Of a stretch of DNA of 49,428 nucleotides, positions 29,113-39,900 are shown one piece after another; position 1 is the first letter of the stretch, and the number at the start of each line of letters is the position of its first letter. The notes under the pieces were generated by a model. That model ran no database searches, was not told where the DNA came from, and saw only the letters and a program-made list of their open reading frames with translations. Location: assembly GCA_019721075.1 (NCBI GenBank), contig JAHEAD010000005.1, forward strand, positions 62,001 to 111,428. Reading direction: 5' to 3'. The position numbers were made by a program, and so were the translations under genes. This DNA comes from Candidatus Sysuiplasma jiujiangense (GTDB lineage: Archaea > Thermoplasmatota > Thermoplasmata > Sysuiplasmatales > Sysuiplasmataceae).

Positions 29113-29724
29113 TCACTTTCTTCTCATGACTGTTATGACATAAATTACCACGGCGATTATAACCACATCAGCAATGATGAATATTGTCAGGTACGGAACA
29201 GGACTCACTGAAGTGACCAAGTTGAATACAACGGGCCTGGAGGTTATCGCGGCCGAACTGCTGTTTATGCTGAGGGTTGCGCTCATTGAATACTGCCCTG
29301 CCGAGAACAGGCCCAGCGCCGATCCCTGCACAAAATCCACCGAAACCACATAGCTGACATATCCAGTTGTCCCTCCGTAGCCGTATATGGTGGAGGCGCT
29401 GCCGTTGTGGAAGACCACATTTCTCACAAACGTACCGGTACTGATTATGTATCCGGTGCCGTTGAACACGGCAGACGAAACCGATGCACCATTCGACTTG
29501 AAGACCGACAGTGTTATCGTGGATGCATAGGTTATCTTCGTGATCCCTTCAAGATTTATGGTCACGTAAAACGAATAAGTATGGCCAAGAACCATCGTAG
29601 AAGGCAGATTATTAAGCGCAACAGTCTGCGCATTGGCAGGCGGTGCAGCAATCTGTATTATCAGTACTGCGACAACAGCTGTTATTATTACAGCTATTAT
29701 CCCTTTTCTAATGCTTGAGATCAA
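29113..29724 (-). CDS. Secreted/surface protein with signal peptide and C-terminal TM anchor
   Basis: N-terminal hydrophobic leader ending in A-N-A, S/T/G-rich beta-like domain, C-terminal TM followed by RRK. Confidence 0.8.
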   Translation of the reverse strand: MISSIRKGIIAVIITAVVAVLIIQIAAPPANAQTVALNNLPSTMVLGHTYSFYVTINLEGITKITYASTITLSVFKSNGASVSSAVFNGTGYIISTGTFVRNVVFHNGSASTIYGYGGTTGYVSYVVSVDFVQGSALGLFSAGQYSMSATLSINSSSAAITSRPVVFNLVTSVSPVPYLTIFIIADVVIIAVVIYVITVMRRK

Positions 29725-29860
29725 GGCTCAGACTTCCTAAGCTGTACCTTAGCCTAAGATAAGTCACTGTTATATATATTTGTCATCGATCTCAGCAGGA
29801 CATAGAATATAAGAAATCATTTTATCCATGTCACGCTATCCCGGATGGCGGGGTGAGGAT

Positions 29861-30121
29861 GTGCTTCAGGAAGCATCTGAACTTATCGGAAGACAATGTT
29901 ACACAAATTTGGGAATATATCTGGGCAGTGTTACCAATCTTGTTATTGACGTGGAAGGGGCCAAGATCGACGGGATATTTATCTCAGACACGAATCCGCT
30001 TCTCGTTGAAGGCAGCAGACCAGCGCTTGTGCCGTATCGCTGGATTGGCAACGTTGGGGACATCATATTGTTAAAGCATTTTCCGAAGAGGGTTGGAGGA
30101 AAGGAAAAGTCTGTTTCCTAA
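29861..30121 (+). CDS. PRC-barrel domain protein
   Basis: SELIGRQCYTNLGIYLGSVTNLVID...VPYRWIGNVGDIILL. GTG start after GGGTGA. Confidence 0.88.
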   Translation: MLQEASELIGRQCYTNLGIYLGSVTNLVIDVEGAKIDGIFISDTNPLLVEGSRPALVPYRWIGNVGDIILLKHFPKRVGGKEKSVS

Positions 30122-30660
30122 TCTTCCCCGTTCAGAACCCTCTTCTTCCTCTCAGACGGTATAATTTTCAACCTGCCGTGCATCTGGTCATTTTCCCAGT
30201 ACCCACCGAACAGCCTATCCAGAAAAATGGCAAGGGCTGACACCTCCGAATGGGGTTGGTTACCCACAGAGACGTTCAGGTCGGCAAGTCTGTAAACATC
30301 GGCCGGAATCTTTTCGGAACCCACGATTATGAGCAGGTTTGAGTGTGTGTTTATTTTTTTCATTGCACCGGTTAATTTTTCGCCGTACATCGTGAGATGC
30401 ACTGTCAGGCCGTCAAATCCACTGATCAGACCTTTCCAATCAGGGGAATAATTTACGGAAAAATCGCCTCCGAAATTTTCATCCACTTTTCTGATGCGCT
30501 CAATAATTCCTGCGTCAGGGATAGTGATAATCATCGAATCTGCGCCGAATGCTCTCGCGACCAGTGCAACATGTGTTGTTATCCTTTTGTCTCTTTCAGG
30601 ACGATGGCCAAGTCTGAGAACGGTAACATTTCTCTTTGCTGCTTCATACATAGAACGCAT
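30118..30660 (-). CDS. trm56: tRNA (cytidine56-2'-O)-methyltransferase (SPOUT)
   Basis: VLRLGHRPERDKRITTHVALVARAFGA, HLTMYG, VGSEK, NQPHSEVSALAIFLD. Exact start uncertain. Confidence 0.95.
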   Translation of the reverse strand: MRSMYEAAKRNVTVLRLGHRPERDKRITTHVALVARAFGADSMIITIPDAGIIERIRKVDENFGGDFSVNYSPDWKGLISGFDGLTVHLTMYGEKLTGAMKKINTHSNLLIIVGSEKIPADVYRLADLNVSVGNQPHSEVSALAIFLDRLFGGYWENDQMHGRLKIIPSERKKRVLNGED

Positions 30661-30889
30661 TCTCCTCTGTTTGAAGGGGAACATTCATTTCAGGGATATA
30701 ACAGCCTGTTTGTCGCTGATACACAAACAAGATAAATTGATTTCAATTTTTCGGGCAGCCGAAATGCTATGTCGCCAGTGCATATCAATTATCATCGGGT
30801 CGCAGTCTCACAGGAGAGAAAAGAACTGTCATCCGCAATTCTACGAATGTGAGGAATGTGTGCCTTGGGCCCATTTGAGCCGCAGGCAA

Positions 30890-31396
30890 TTAAAGCTCTT
30901 CCTTCAGCTTTTCAACTCTGTGGCCCCTCAGATCAAGTCTTACGGATCGTTTGACTATGCTTTTAAGCATCGTGGAGGTCATACCCAGACTCTCCGCGAC
31001 ATCTCCTGCAAATTTGCCTTCCTCCCCGATCTCATCGAGGATACGCTTTTCAATTCTTTTGAATTCAGATTCCGGCATCATGGCAATGGAAAGTACATCA
31101 CTAATCTCATATACGGGCCAGGTCACGCTGATGTGAAATGACGAATAGTATGTATGATATGCCTTCTCTGGCTGAGGCGATTTGTTAGATGACTGCCATC
31201 GCGTTTCCACAAGTTTCATTTTTTCCAGAAATTTAAGCGCCTCTCTTCCCTCTTTTCCATATTTGTCTTCAATTTCCTTAGCTGTCTTCCATTCGAGTGT
31301 AACTTCCTTCAAAACCTGTCTCTTTGCTTCAGTGTCAACAGCTCTCAACATAGGTACAAGGTCCGACGGCTCGTTTATGACCTTCATTCGATTCAT
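30890..31396 (-). CDS. Conserved winged-helix (ArsR-like) archaeal protein
   Basis: KVINEPSDLVPML...LVETRW...PEKAYHTYY, with a second HTH-like C-terminal segment. Confidence 0.75.
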   Translation of the reverse strand: MNRMKVINEPSDLVPMLRAVDTEAKRQVLKEVTLEWKTAKEIEDKYGKEGREALKFLEKMKLVETRWQSSNKSPQPEKAYHTYYSSFHISVTWPVYEISDVLSIAMMPESEFKRIEKRILDEIGEEGKFAGDVAESLGMTSTMLKSIVKRSVRLDLRGHRVEKLKEEL

Positions 31397-31471
31397 GACA
31401 ACCACTATCAGCATAATGCCTATAAATCGATATTGTGCTGCCCGGCATGACTTGCCTTAGGTGTGAAAGTT

Positions 31472-32050
31472 TCAGAGTAGTATGTGTGCAAGTAGCATGG
31501 AGGCGGCAGGCAGGACAGCCATAAGGAAGTCATCATCTATGCTCCTGAATTTCAGTTTCTCTGATAACCAGGAAACAGTCGAGCCGGCAAAACCCATTGT
31601 GAATGGAACATCTGCAGGTGAATAGTGGTACAGCAGTATCAGGGTGAAAATCGCAAAGGAGATGGGCCATATCACATTTGCCAGCTGTCTGTGTCCGCTG
31701 TGCCTCAATTCGCCGGCAAGCGGATCCATGAACGCCAGCCCGACAAATGCCGCCAGTGCGATTGGGAAAGGGAAGAACAGGACCACCATGCATACACCCA
31801 TAAACGCCCATGAAAAGCTGCTGAGCCTGGAATATTCGTATGATCTGAGTCCTGCAATCTTGATCCTCAGCTGCAATCTGAATGCCTCAAACGCAAGGAT
31901 TGCGATCATCAACAGTATGAGTGCCTCACGCTTTGGCAATCCGGGAACTATGTATTCGGGGATGAAATAATAGATCGGTGCAAGTACTATCGTCATGTGC
32001 ACAATGCGTCTGACGATTCTTTCTCTGTCCACGTGTACTGATTTTGCCAT
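31472..32050 (-). CDS. Dolichol/phytol kinase-like membrane protein (CTP-dependent family)
   Basis: RRIVHM, RSYE, DPLAG, IDDDF, multiple TM. Start uncertain (32050 or 32071). Confidence 0.75.
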   Translation of the reverse strand: MAKSVHVDRERIVRRIVHMTIVLAPIYYFIPEYIVPGLPKREALILLMIAILAFEAFRLQLRIKIAGLRSYEYSRLSSFSWAFMGVCMVVLFFPFPIALAAFVGLAFMDPLAGELRHSGHRQLANVIWPISFAIFTLILLYHYSPADVPFTMGFAGSTVSWLSEKLKFRSIDDDFLMAVLPAASMLLAHILL

Positions 32051-32236
32051 TGGTGATAAAACTTTGTCCATCGCTACGTTTTCGGTAACACAGGATTTTC
32101 CCGGCTTTGTCACGGCGTGTAAGTTAGATATCAGGCAAGACAGTACTTTATGACTCCGAAACTTCGATCTGTCAGTAATTTCAAAAAGATTAAATCCATT
32201 GGGCATGATATAAAAACAGTCATTATTCCTGAGGGG

Positions 32237-33598
32237 GTGACTGTAATAAAAATATGTGTAAACACTCAAACGCCGCTTGTCAGATTCAAGATATCGGCAC
32301 CAGATCTCGTCGAGAAGTACGGGAGTCTGCCGGACGTAATAGATCTGGAGATGCTTGTACAGGGGGAAGATTATGTATATTCGCCCGGCGGCGTTACAGC
32401 GATGGTATACCCTCTCCTCAAAGAAATGAGCTTAAAGGGTCTAATAGAGAATGCAATGTGGGTAGCCCTTTCTCCAGAATCTCCCATCCGGATAATCGGT
32501 AATGGCATAACATTCGTTAATATAGACCTGACAAGAAGCGAATCCGAGAAGTATGTGCGTTTCAAGGACAAGCTCTGGAATGAAATTCATGGAATTGAAA
32601 AAATGAACTTTGTTCCTTCAGAATATCTGTCGTTCAACGTTTACAGCTGGAAGACCGCTGACGTTCTTCTGCAGAATTTTGAGAATTTCGATATCTATTA
32701 TATTCATGATTTCCAGCAACTGCAAATAGGTAATTTTGTCGGACCGTTTGCGCCCGCAGTTTTCAGGTGGCATATACCTGCAAATTTCGACAGTGTGTCT
32801 GACAGGATTCGAAAATTTGTTATAAGGAATATGGAAGCATATGATGCCCTGATTGTCAGCACTAAGAGGGATCTTGAGGCACTCTTTCGTTCTGGCTACC
32901 GCGGCATTGCCAATCAGGTCTATCCCTATATCGATGAAAAGGAGTGGTTTGAGCCGTCATCCCAGGAGATAAGCGAATTCCTTCAGCTGACGGGCCTAAA
33001 TGAAGATGACAGGTATTTCCTGGTTGTAGCAAGAATGGATCCGATCAAGGGACAGGATGTAGCCATACGCGCATTGAAAAAGCTACATGAATCACTGCCT
33101 GATGTAAAGCTTCTGCTTATTGGAAACGGAAGTTTTTCAGGCAGTTCGACTGGTGGTCTTGGTTCATCTAAAGCCAGCAACTGGCGAAAGAATATTATGA
33201 AGCTGATATCAGAATTCAACCTGCAGCAGTCAGTGATACTGGCAGGACATATGCCAGATAAGCTTATGCGTGCCGCCTATGCCCTATGCGACTGTGTCAT
33301 ATTGCCTTCCAAAGCAGAGGGTTTCGGTCTTGTTACGGTCGAAGCCTGGAGGATGCGTAAGCCGGTGATAGTCAGTACAGGCGCCGGCTCATCCGAGCTC
33401 GTAGTGGATGGCATAAACGGTTACACGTTTCCTTCAGGCGATTATGAGGACCTGGCTGAAAGGATGAGAGATATTATAGTAAAGGGAAACGGCACCGAAT
33501 TGGGAACTATGGGATACGAAACCGCAAAACAGTGCTATGTTGAAAACGCGATCAAAAAACTTGTTCCCATATTTGAAAGAGCGATGTCAGGCTATTGA
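32237..33598 (+). CDS. GT-B glycosyltransferase (GT4) with trehalose-synthase-like motifs
   Basis: SPGGV, IHDFQQ, RWHIP, VARMDPIKGQD, EGFGLVTVEA. Start at GTG 32237 or ATA 32246. Confidence 0.88.
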   Translation: MTVIKICVNTQTPLVRFKISAPDLVEKYGSLPDVIDLEMLVQGEDYVYSPGGVTAMVYPLLKEMSLKGLIENAMWVALSPESPIRIIGNGITFVNIDLTRSESEKYVRFKDKLWNEIHGIEKMNFVPSEYLSFNVYSWKTADVLLQNFENFDIYYIHDFQQLQIGNFVGPFAPAVFRWHIPANFDSVSDRIRKFVIRNMEAYDALIVSTKRDLEALFRSGYRGIANQVYPYIDEKEWFEPSSQEISEFLQLTGLNEDDRYFLVVARMDPIKGQDVAIRALKKLHESLPDVKLLLIGNGSFSGSSTGGLGSSKASNWRKNIMKLISEFNLQQSVILAGHMPDKLMRAAYALCDCVILPSKAEGFGLVTVEAWRMRKPVIVSTGAGSSELVVDGINGYTFPSGDYEDLAERMRDIIVKGNGTELGTMGYETAKQCYVENAIKKLVPIFERAMSGY

Positions 33599-33707
33599 AA
33601 TCTTTTTGCCGTCTTCTGCAGCAGTCACTTTTTTAGTATTTCGGCAAGACCGCCGTGCGGGAACCGGCATTGTCTTTCCGTCACGGATGATGGTGAAAGG
33701 TGTTGGC

Positions 33708-34415
33708 TCACACCTTTCTGCTTTCAAGAATTGTTTCAACAAGTTTACTGACCCCTTCCCCTCCGGGGCTGTCTACCGTTAAGTCGGCTCTCTTCCTTAT
33801 TTCCTCAACAGAATTACTCAAAGCCGTCTTCAGGAAGGGGGCGCGATACAGTGAAATATCATTTTCCCCGTCACCTACAACAACAGTCCTGTCCGCGTCT
33901 ATTCCCAGTTTGTTGAGCGCATGCTGCAGACCGACATCTTTGTCAACATCGGAAGGAAGAACCATTCCGGAATCGATGTTTCTCACCAGTTTTGCAATAT
34001 CGGACATTTCACTTACGGCTGTTTCTGCCTCATCCATGTACCCCTTCTGAATGTATGATATCACCTGGCCCATAACGAAATGGACATGTTTTTCTTTCAG
34101 TCTGCGTGCAATTTTCTTTCCCAATGTCTCAGAAAGTTTCTCAACCGATCCGTCTTCAACCACAACAGCCCCGTTCTCTGCAACCATTGCATCGACCCTG
34201 CTGAATCGAGAACTCATGTTTAGCATGAATGGCAAGCCTCTCCCTGAAACAATAATGATTTTAATCCCTGCCTCTGAAGCCCTGTCTATTGCTCTGATAG
34301 TGTCCAGATGCAGATTGAGACCAAGATCGGTCAATGTCCTGTCATAGTCAGTAGCTATTGCCTCCACATCCGCAAGTCTTCCCTTAATTTCTTCTTTTTT
34401 GCTCATTGTGGACAT
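33708..34415 (-). CDS. HAD superfamily (IIB) phosphatase, phosphoglycolate/sugar-phosphate phosphatase-like
   Basis: DYDRT, SGR, AENGA, DK, GDGEND. Confidence 0.9.
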   Translation of the reverse strand: MSTMSKKEEIKGRLADVEAIATDYDRTLTDLGLNLHLDTIRAIDRASEAGIKIIIVSGRGLPFMLNMSSRFSRVDAMVAENGAVVVEDGSVEKLSETLGKKIARRLKEKHVHFVMGQVISYIQKGYMDEAETAVSEMSDIAKLVRNIDSGMVLPSDVDKDVGLQHALNKLGIDADRTVVVGDGENDISLYRAPFLKTALSNSVEEIRKRADLTVDSPGGEGVSKLVETILESRKV

Positions 34416-34418
34416 ATT

Positions 34419-35363
34419 TTACTTCCTCTTCCTATTATCTTTTGCCATGTATTCCAGCAGTCTGGCTGAAACTCTTCCTCTAGGTGAAGATTTGTTTTCA
34501 AAATTGTTAATCGATATATATTCACTGAATGCCTTTCTGTATTCGGCACTGGATAACCCGTCTGTTTTGCCGCTGTAGTAACGAAGACGGGAGAGGTGAG
34601 ATTGAATTTCAGAACGGACCGATGCTGTCACCCTCACAAAATCCTCAGGACGTTCCCTGGACAGCATTACCAGATCATATAACCTGAATATCCTTTCAAG
34701 CTCATTAATCGGCTGTCTGCTGTCATCAACCCTGATATCGACGAACCTGTCATTAAATCCCGCATAACCTCCCCCTTTCCTGACTATCAGAAGGGCAGCA
34801 GACTGCATTCCCCTTCTGTCACCACCTGCTTTCTGGGCTGCCTTCAGGCAACCGATCAATTTTTCGGGGAAATTGCTGTCTGAGTTCTGAAACCAGTCGG
34901 CCATTGATTCGACTGTTTTGGAACTCACGAGAATATTGCCTTGTGCCGCGAAGCTTTCGCCGGAAATTCCGCCTGCCCAGTCGATGCATTTTTTGCCTGT
35001 GAATGTGGCGCTTCCTCCATTCCTGTCAACTAAACCAACCTGTCTTTCATCCTTCTGTCTGTCATTCGATATTAACTTCTGGAGGACCTTCTCGGCGCTT
35101 AAGCCTCTCCTGAACAAATCCAGAGCACTCGGTCCATAGGATGTATTGGCGTAAGCCTGGGTTGCAATGGCTCCGGCATCTGAAGAAGCCCATGGAACAA
35201 CTGAACCCACAGCAATGAATTTAGACTGGACAGCAACGCCGTATGACCTTGTTTCTCTGTCGAATGCAACTATGGAATAGGTGGAGAGGCGAGGTATTTT
35301 TCTCGATTCAGATGTCATCTCCCATTCTGGCTCTGGTTTCATATCGTTCAATCTTCCTCCCAT
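34419..35363 (-). CDS. DUF1028 family Ntn-hydrolase with a C-terminal PG-binding-like domain
   Basis: TYSIVAFD, GVAVQSKFIAVG, ATQA, RQVG, QGNIL, GGDRRG.QSAA, DIRVDD. Confidence 0.9.
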   Translation of the reverse strand: MGGRLNDMKPEPEWEMTSESRKIPRLSTYSIVAFDRETRSYGVAVQSKFIAVGSVVPWASSDAGAIATQAYANTSYGPSALDLFRRGLSAEKVLQKLISNDRQKDERQVGLVDRNGGSATFTGKKCIDWAGGISGESFAAQGNILVSSKTVESMADWFQNSDSNFPEKLIGCLKAAQKAGGDRRGMQSAALLIVRKGGGYAGFNDRFVDIRVDDSRQPINELERIFRLYDLVMLSRERPEDFVRVTASVRSEIQSHLSRLRYYSGKTDGLSSAEYRKAFSEYISINNFENKSSPRGRVSARLLEYMAKDNRKRK

Positions 35364-36127
35364 GCAAGGGCATCAACAGTCCTGTTTCTGTCAGATAGTC
35401 TCTTTTTCCGGTCTGATCTGAACAATGATGTGTCCAGAGTGAATATGCCTAGTTTCTCGCATTCGCCGACCGCACTAATCCTCGTGTACAGGATATTCCT
35501 GTCCTCTCTTCTTTCCATCTCTACCAGGGCACTCCGTCCGTCAAAATGTCCGCCATCTTTGAAGTTTGCAAACGCTATTGGCATTCTGTTTTCCAGAACC
35601 CTGGCCTGAACGTAAATGTTCCAGGGTTCGATTCCTTCTTTCTGTATCTTGGACGGCACTGCTAGCATGTCACAATCCGAAAGTGCGAACTTCCTTACAG
35701 TTTCCGGGAAGTCGATATCGTAGCATATTGCAATGCCAATTCTGGAATTCCTGTAGTCAAAATAGTTGACTTCGTATCCTGGTTTGAATGACTGCGCTTC
35801 AGCTTCGAACAAATGAAGTTTTCTCTGCTTTGCGAGCATCTCGCCGTCTGGACCAAAGGCATAGCACGTTATGAACATCTCTCCGGCGAATGACTCGAAG
35901 AGAGCTCCCGTAAGGACGACGGAGCTGTAGTCCCTGGAAAGAGATGAAATTTCATCCAGAAATTCATGTCTGTCGTCCTTGATTATGTTCTCCTCCTTTA
36001 TGGGCATCCATTTCTCTGGAAGTACGAGTAAATCGGTCTCATTTTTCAGTGCATTCTCAATTTCCGGCAGTGCGGCCGCGATCTTTGTCTCGCTTATCTG
36101 AAGGAGGCCAATTTTTATTTTGCTCAT
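35348..36127 (-). CDS. Carbon-nitrogen hydrolase (nitrilase family)
   Basis: Catalytic triad in LPE, RKLHLF and ICYD, plus ARVLEN. Confidence 0.92.
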   Translation of the reverse strand: MSKIKIGLLQISETKIAAALPEIENALKNETDLLVLPEKWMPIKEENIIKDDRHEFLDEISSLSRDYSSVVLTGALFESFAGEMFITCYAFGPDGEMLAKQRKLHLFEAEAQSFKPGYEVNYFDYRNSRIGIAICYDIDFPETVRKFALSDCDMLAVPSKIQKEGIEPWNIYVQARVLENRMPIAFANFKDGGHFDGRSALVEMERREDRNILYTRISAVGECEKLGIFTLDTSLFRSDRKKRLSDRNRTVDALAWEED

Positions 36128-36908
36128 ATTTCACCTTGTTGTCATCCGCGTTATGCAAATGGATGGCATTAAATGTAATCTTATTCAGCGGCTCAGATTT
36201 TTCGGGCGATGCCCGTTTGCGCAGATGCACAGTGCGTAACCCCCTCCGGCAAACATTGGTTATGCGAAAAACATATGCTGGCGTGCATCTTCAACGGCAC
36301 GGAATATTTGGTTCGTGTGCATTATCGGCCGTTTGTGGAAGGTGGTGATGCGCACTGATCGCGTCTGAACTGAACGCACACAGGCTACAATATGTCATGC
36401 TCCTGCGAACGGAATGTCCGCTTGGTATCCAACGCCATCAGGGGCTAGAATCGGGTATTATGGTACAGAACCGCTGTTGGACCTGTCTGGTCGAGCAAAT
36501 TCATCCAAGCATGGGATCTGAAAGCGTGGATGATGTGCAGTCATCGCTCCCAGACGTGGCCCCTGTCCCTGCGGAAATCGATTATGTGCCAGAAGATTGT
36601 AGGGCATTCGTCGCTCTTCCGATACAAAAGCAGTGCAGCGTGCCTGCGGTCGTATTCAAGAAGCTGCGGCACAGTGTCTGAAAGCACCTTTCATCCTTTG
36701 TCTATCTGAAATGGCCATAGTTGCTTGGTTGCGCCACGCAATGTATTACTTGACGCGGGAGGAATGCATTATTCACCTGCGGTGGAGATGTGGCGGATGT
36801 ATAGGCTCCCGGATGAAAACCGTTCTCACAGGTGTAGGCCGCAAGAAATGCGGCGGACCGCGGCAAAAGTGTTATTAATCTTAATGAGTATTAACAACGA
36901 TTTTATCA

Positions 36909-39900
36909 ATGCCAAAAGCATACGAACGTATAGAAAAACAGTACACAATGGCTGAAGTTCTTTCACTTATGAACCCCCTGATTCAGAGATGGTTCAGCTC
37001 AAAATTCTCAGAACTCACTGAACCTCAATCCTATGCAGTGCCCCTGATACATTCAAAAGAGAATATAGTGGTCTCGTCTCCGACAGGCTCTGGAAAAACG
37101 ATGACTGCCTTCCTCTCGATAATCAACGAACTCCTCAACATACAATCCCAGGGCAAACTTGAGGATAGGGTGTACGCAGTTTATGTGTCGCCACTTCGCG
37201 CATTGGCAAACGACATCAACAAGAATCTGAATCAGCCTCTTCAGGAGCTTACAGCCCTCGCCTCCGAAATGGGAATTGATGCTCCAAAAATCAGGGTTGC
37301 AGTCCGTTCTGGAGACACATCCTCATACGAGCGGCAGAAGATGGTCAGAAAGCCACCTCATATTTTCATCACAACACCCGAATCACTTGCGCTTACGCTT
37401 TCCTCTCCTGTTTTCAGAACCAAATTCAACCGTACCGGCTGGGTAGTGCTTGATGAGCTCCATGAAATATGCGACTCGAAACGAGGCGAATTTCTCAGTC
37501 TGACTCTTGAAAGACTTGCTGATTACTGCGAAGATGATTTTGTGAGAATCGGTCTCTCTGCAACCATGGCGCCCATAGTCGAAATGGCTGCATTTCTTGG
37601 AGGCACAGACATGGCAGGCAGACCAAGACCGGTTAAGATTGTAGAGATAAAAGCCCAAAAATCTCTCGATCTGGGTGTTATCTGTCCGGTCAGGGACCTA
37701 AACGCTGTGCAGGCTGACATTGCCAATGCAAAAATGTATGATGAACTCGTGAATCTGATCGAGAAGCATACGACCACTCTTGTCTTCACAAATACGAGAA
37801 GCGCGACTGAATCAGTGGCATATAAGCTCAAGGAAAGGGGTCTCGTAGGCATTGAAGCCCATCACGGGAGTCTTAGCAAGGTCACCAGAAAAGATGTCGA
37901 AGATCAGCTGAAATCAGGACAGCTGAAGTGTGTCATCAGTTCAACCTCGCTGGAGCTCGGTATTGACATAGGTTCAATAGATCTTGTCTGTCAGATAGGT
38001 TCTCCGAAATCCGTCGCCAAAGGCCTGCAAAGGATAGGGAGGAGCGGTCACTCAATCGGCAGGATGTCCACCGGCAGACTGCTAGTCTTCGATACCGATG
38101 ATCTGGTTGAGTGCGCTGTGCTTACCCGCTCAGCGATGCTGAACAGAATAGACAGGGTCGACATACCGGAGAACAGCCTTGATGTGCTGGCACAGACAAT
38201 AGTCGGCATGTCGCTTGAAAAGAAGTGGTCCATCGATGATGCCTACGCCCTTGTGAAACGCTCGTATTGTTACAGAAATCTGCCCAAGAAGGATTTCCTT
38301 TCGGTGCTCAGGTACCTTGGAAGCAAGGGTGAGTTTGAGAATGTCTATTCGAAGATATGGCTGGACGAATCGGAAGGTGTGTTCGGGAAGAAAAAAAGCG
38401 CCCGGATGATATATTTCCTGAATCTCGGAACTATAGCGGAAGAATCATCATATGATGTTGTCAGTGAAAGAGGTGTTCCTCTGGGGCAGCTTTCCGACAA
38501 ATTCGTCGAACGTCTTTCTTCAAAGGATATTTTTGTTCTTGGAGGAAGGAGCTACGAATATATCCGGGCAAGAGGAATGACCGTTCTCGTAAAGGACGCC
38601 AAGGGAAGGAAACCGACGGTTCCGTCATGGACAGGTGAAATGCTTCCCAGAAGCTTTGATCTTTCAGAAGATGTCGGACGGTTCAGGGCCGAAATGGAAA
38701 GTATGCTTGATAAATCCGACACGGAGTTGATTGAATACATAACGGGAAATTACAGTGTTGACAGCTGGTCGGCGAGGAGCATTATCAATTACCTTAGGGA
38801 ACAGAAGGCCACTATTCCGGTCATTCCCACAAACACGGATCTTGTCATCGAGGGGGTTATTCACAGTGATAGCGGCAAGAGGGCGATAATCTACCATTTT
38901 CCATTCGGACGGAGGACGAATGACGCTCTCGCTAGGGGTTTCGCAAACGCTATTTCACAGAAATATAAGTGCAATACGAGCGTTTCAGTTTCTGACGACA
39001 ATTTCCTGATTAGTGTTCCAAAGGAGATACCGCTCAGGAACGTTCATTCTCTGCTTCATTCCAGAGATCTGACTGCTGTCCTGCTGTCAAGCCTTAAGGA
39101 TTCCGAATTATTCAAGCAGAGATTCAGGCAGGTCGCCGCCAGAAGCTTCATGATACTTCGCAATTATAGGGGCAAGGAACTGTCTGTCTCCAGACAGCAG
39201 CTCAGATCAAGCACACTCCTGGACCAGCTCGGTGAAATAAAGGATTTTCCTGTTGTGAGGGAGACATATAACGAGATCCTCAATGACGTAATGGATATCG
39301 AGCATGCTTCCGCCATATTGAGAGACATAGAAGAAGGAAAGAGGAACATCCACGTTTTCGGCTATACAGACACCCCATCGCCATTTTCACACAGTATACT
39401 CCTTTCTGGAATTGCCGATGTCATACTCATGGAAGACAAGAGCTCAATGCTCAGAGAACTGCACAGAAAGGTTCTGTCCCGGGTAATGGGGAAAGATCAG
39501 AGGGCGTATGAGTTCGAGAGCGATGTCGTCGAAAAGTACTTCCAGTCAAAATGGCCACGAATAGATGAAATGGAGCAACTCCCTCAACTGCTGAGAACTG
39601 TCGGACCGCTGATTATGCTGAAGGAGCGGGGTACAAACATACATCTGTTTACTGAAAAATCGCATGATGTCGTAAGAGAATGGGCACTCTCGCTTCTGGA
39701 AAAGGGACAGCTGTCAACGATATGGCTTGACGACATTTACTTCATACCCTCCGACGAAGAGGATGAATTTTCATCACTCTGCAAAAAACGCGATCTGTTG
39801 CCTGATGAGAGCTCTGCGACCGAAGTGCTCTCAAGCAAAGGTCTCAGTGTCAAAGAATTGTCAAAAAAACTCTCGCTGCCGAATAACGAAATAAACGAGT

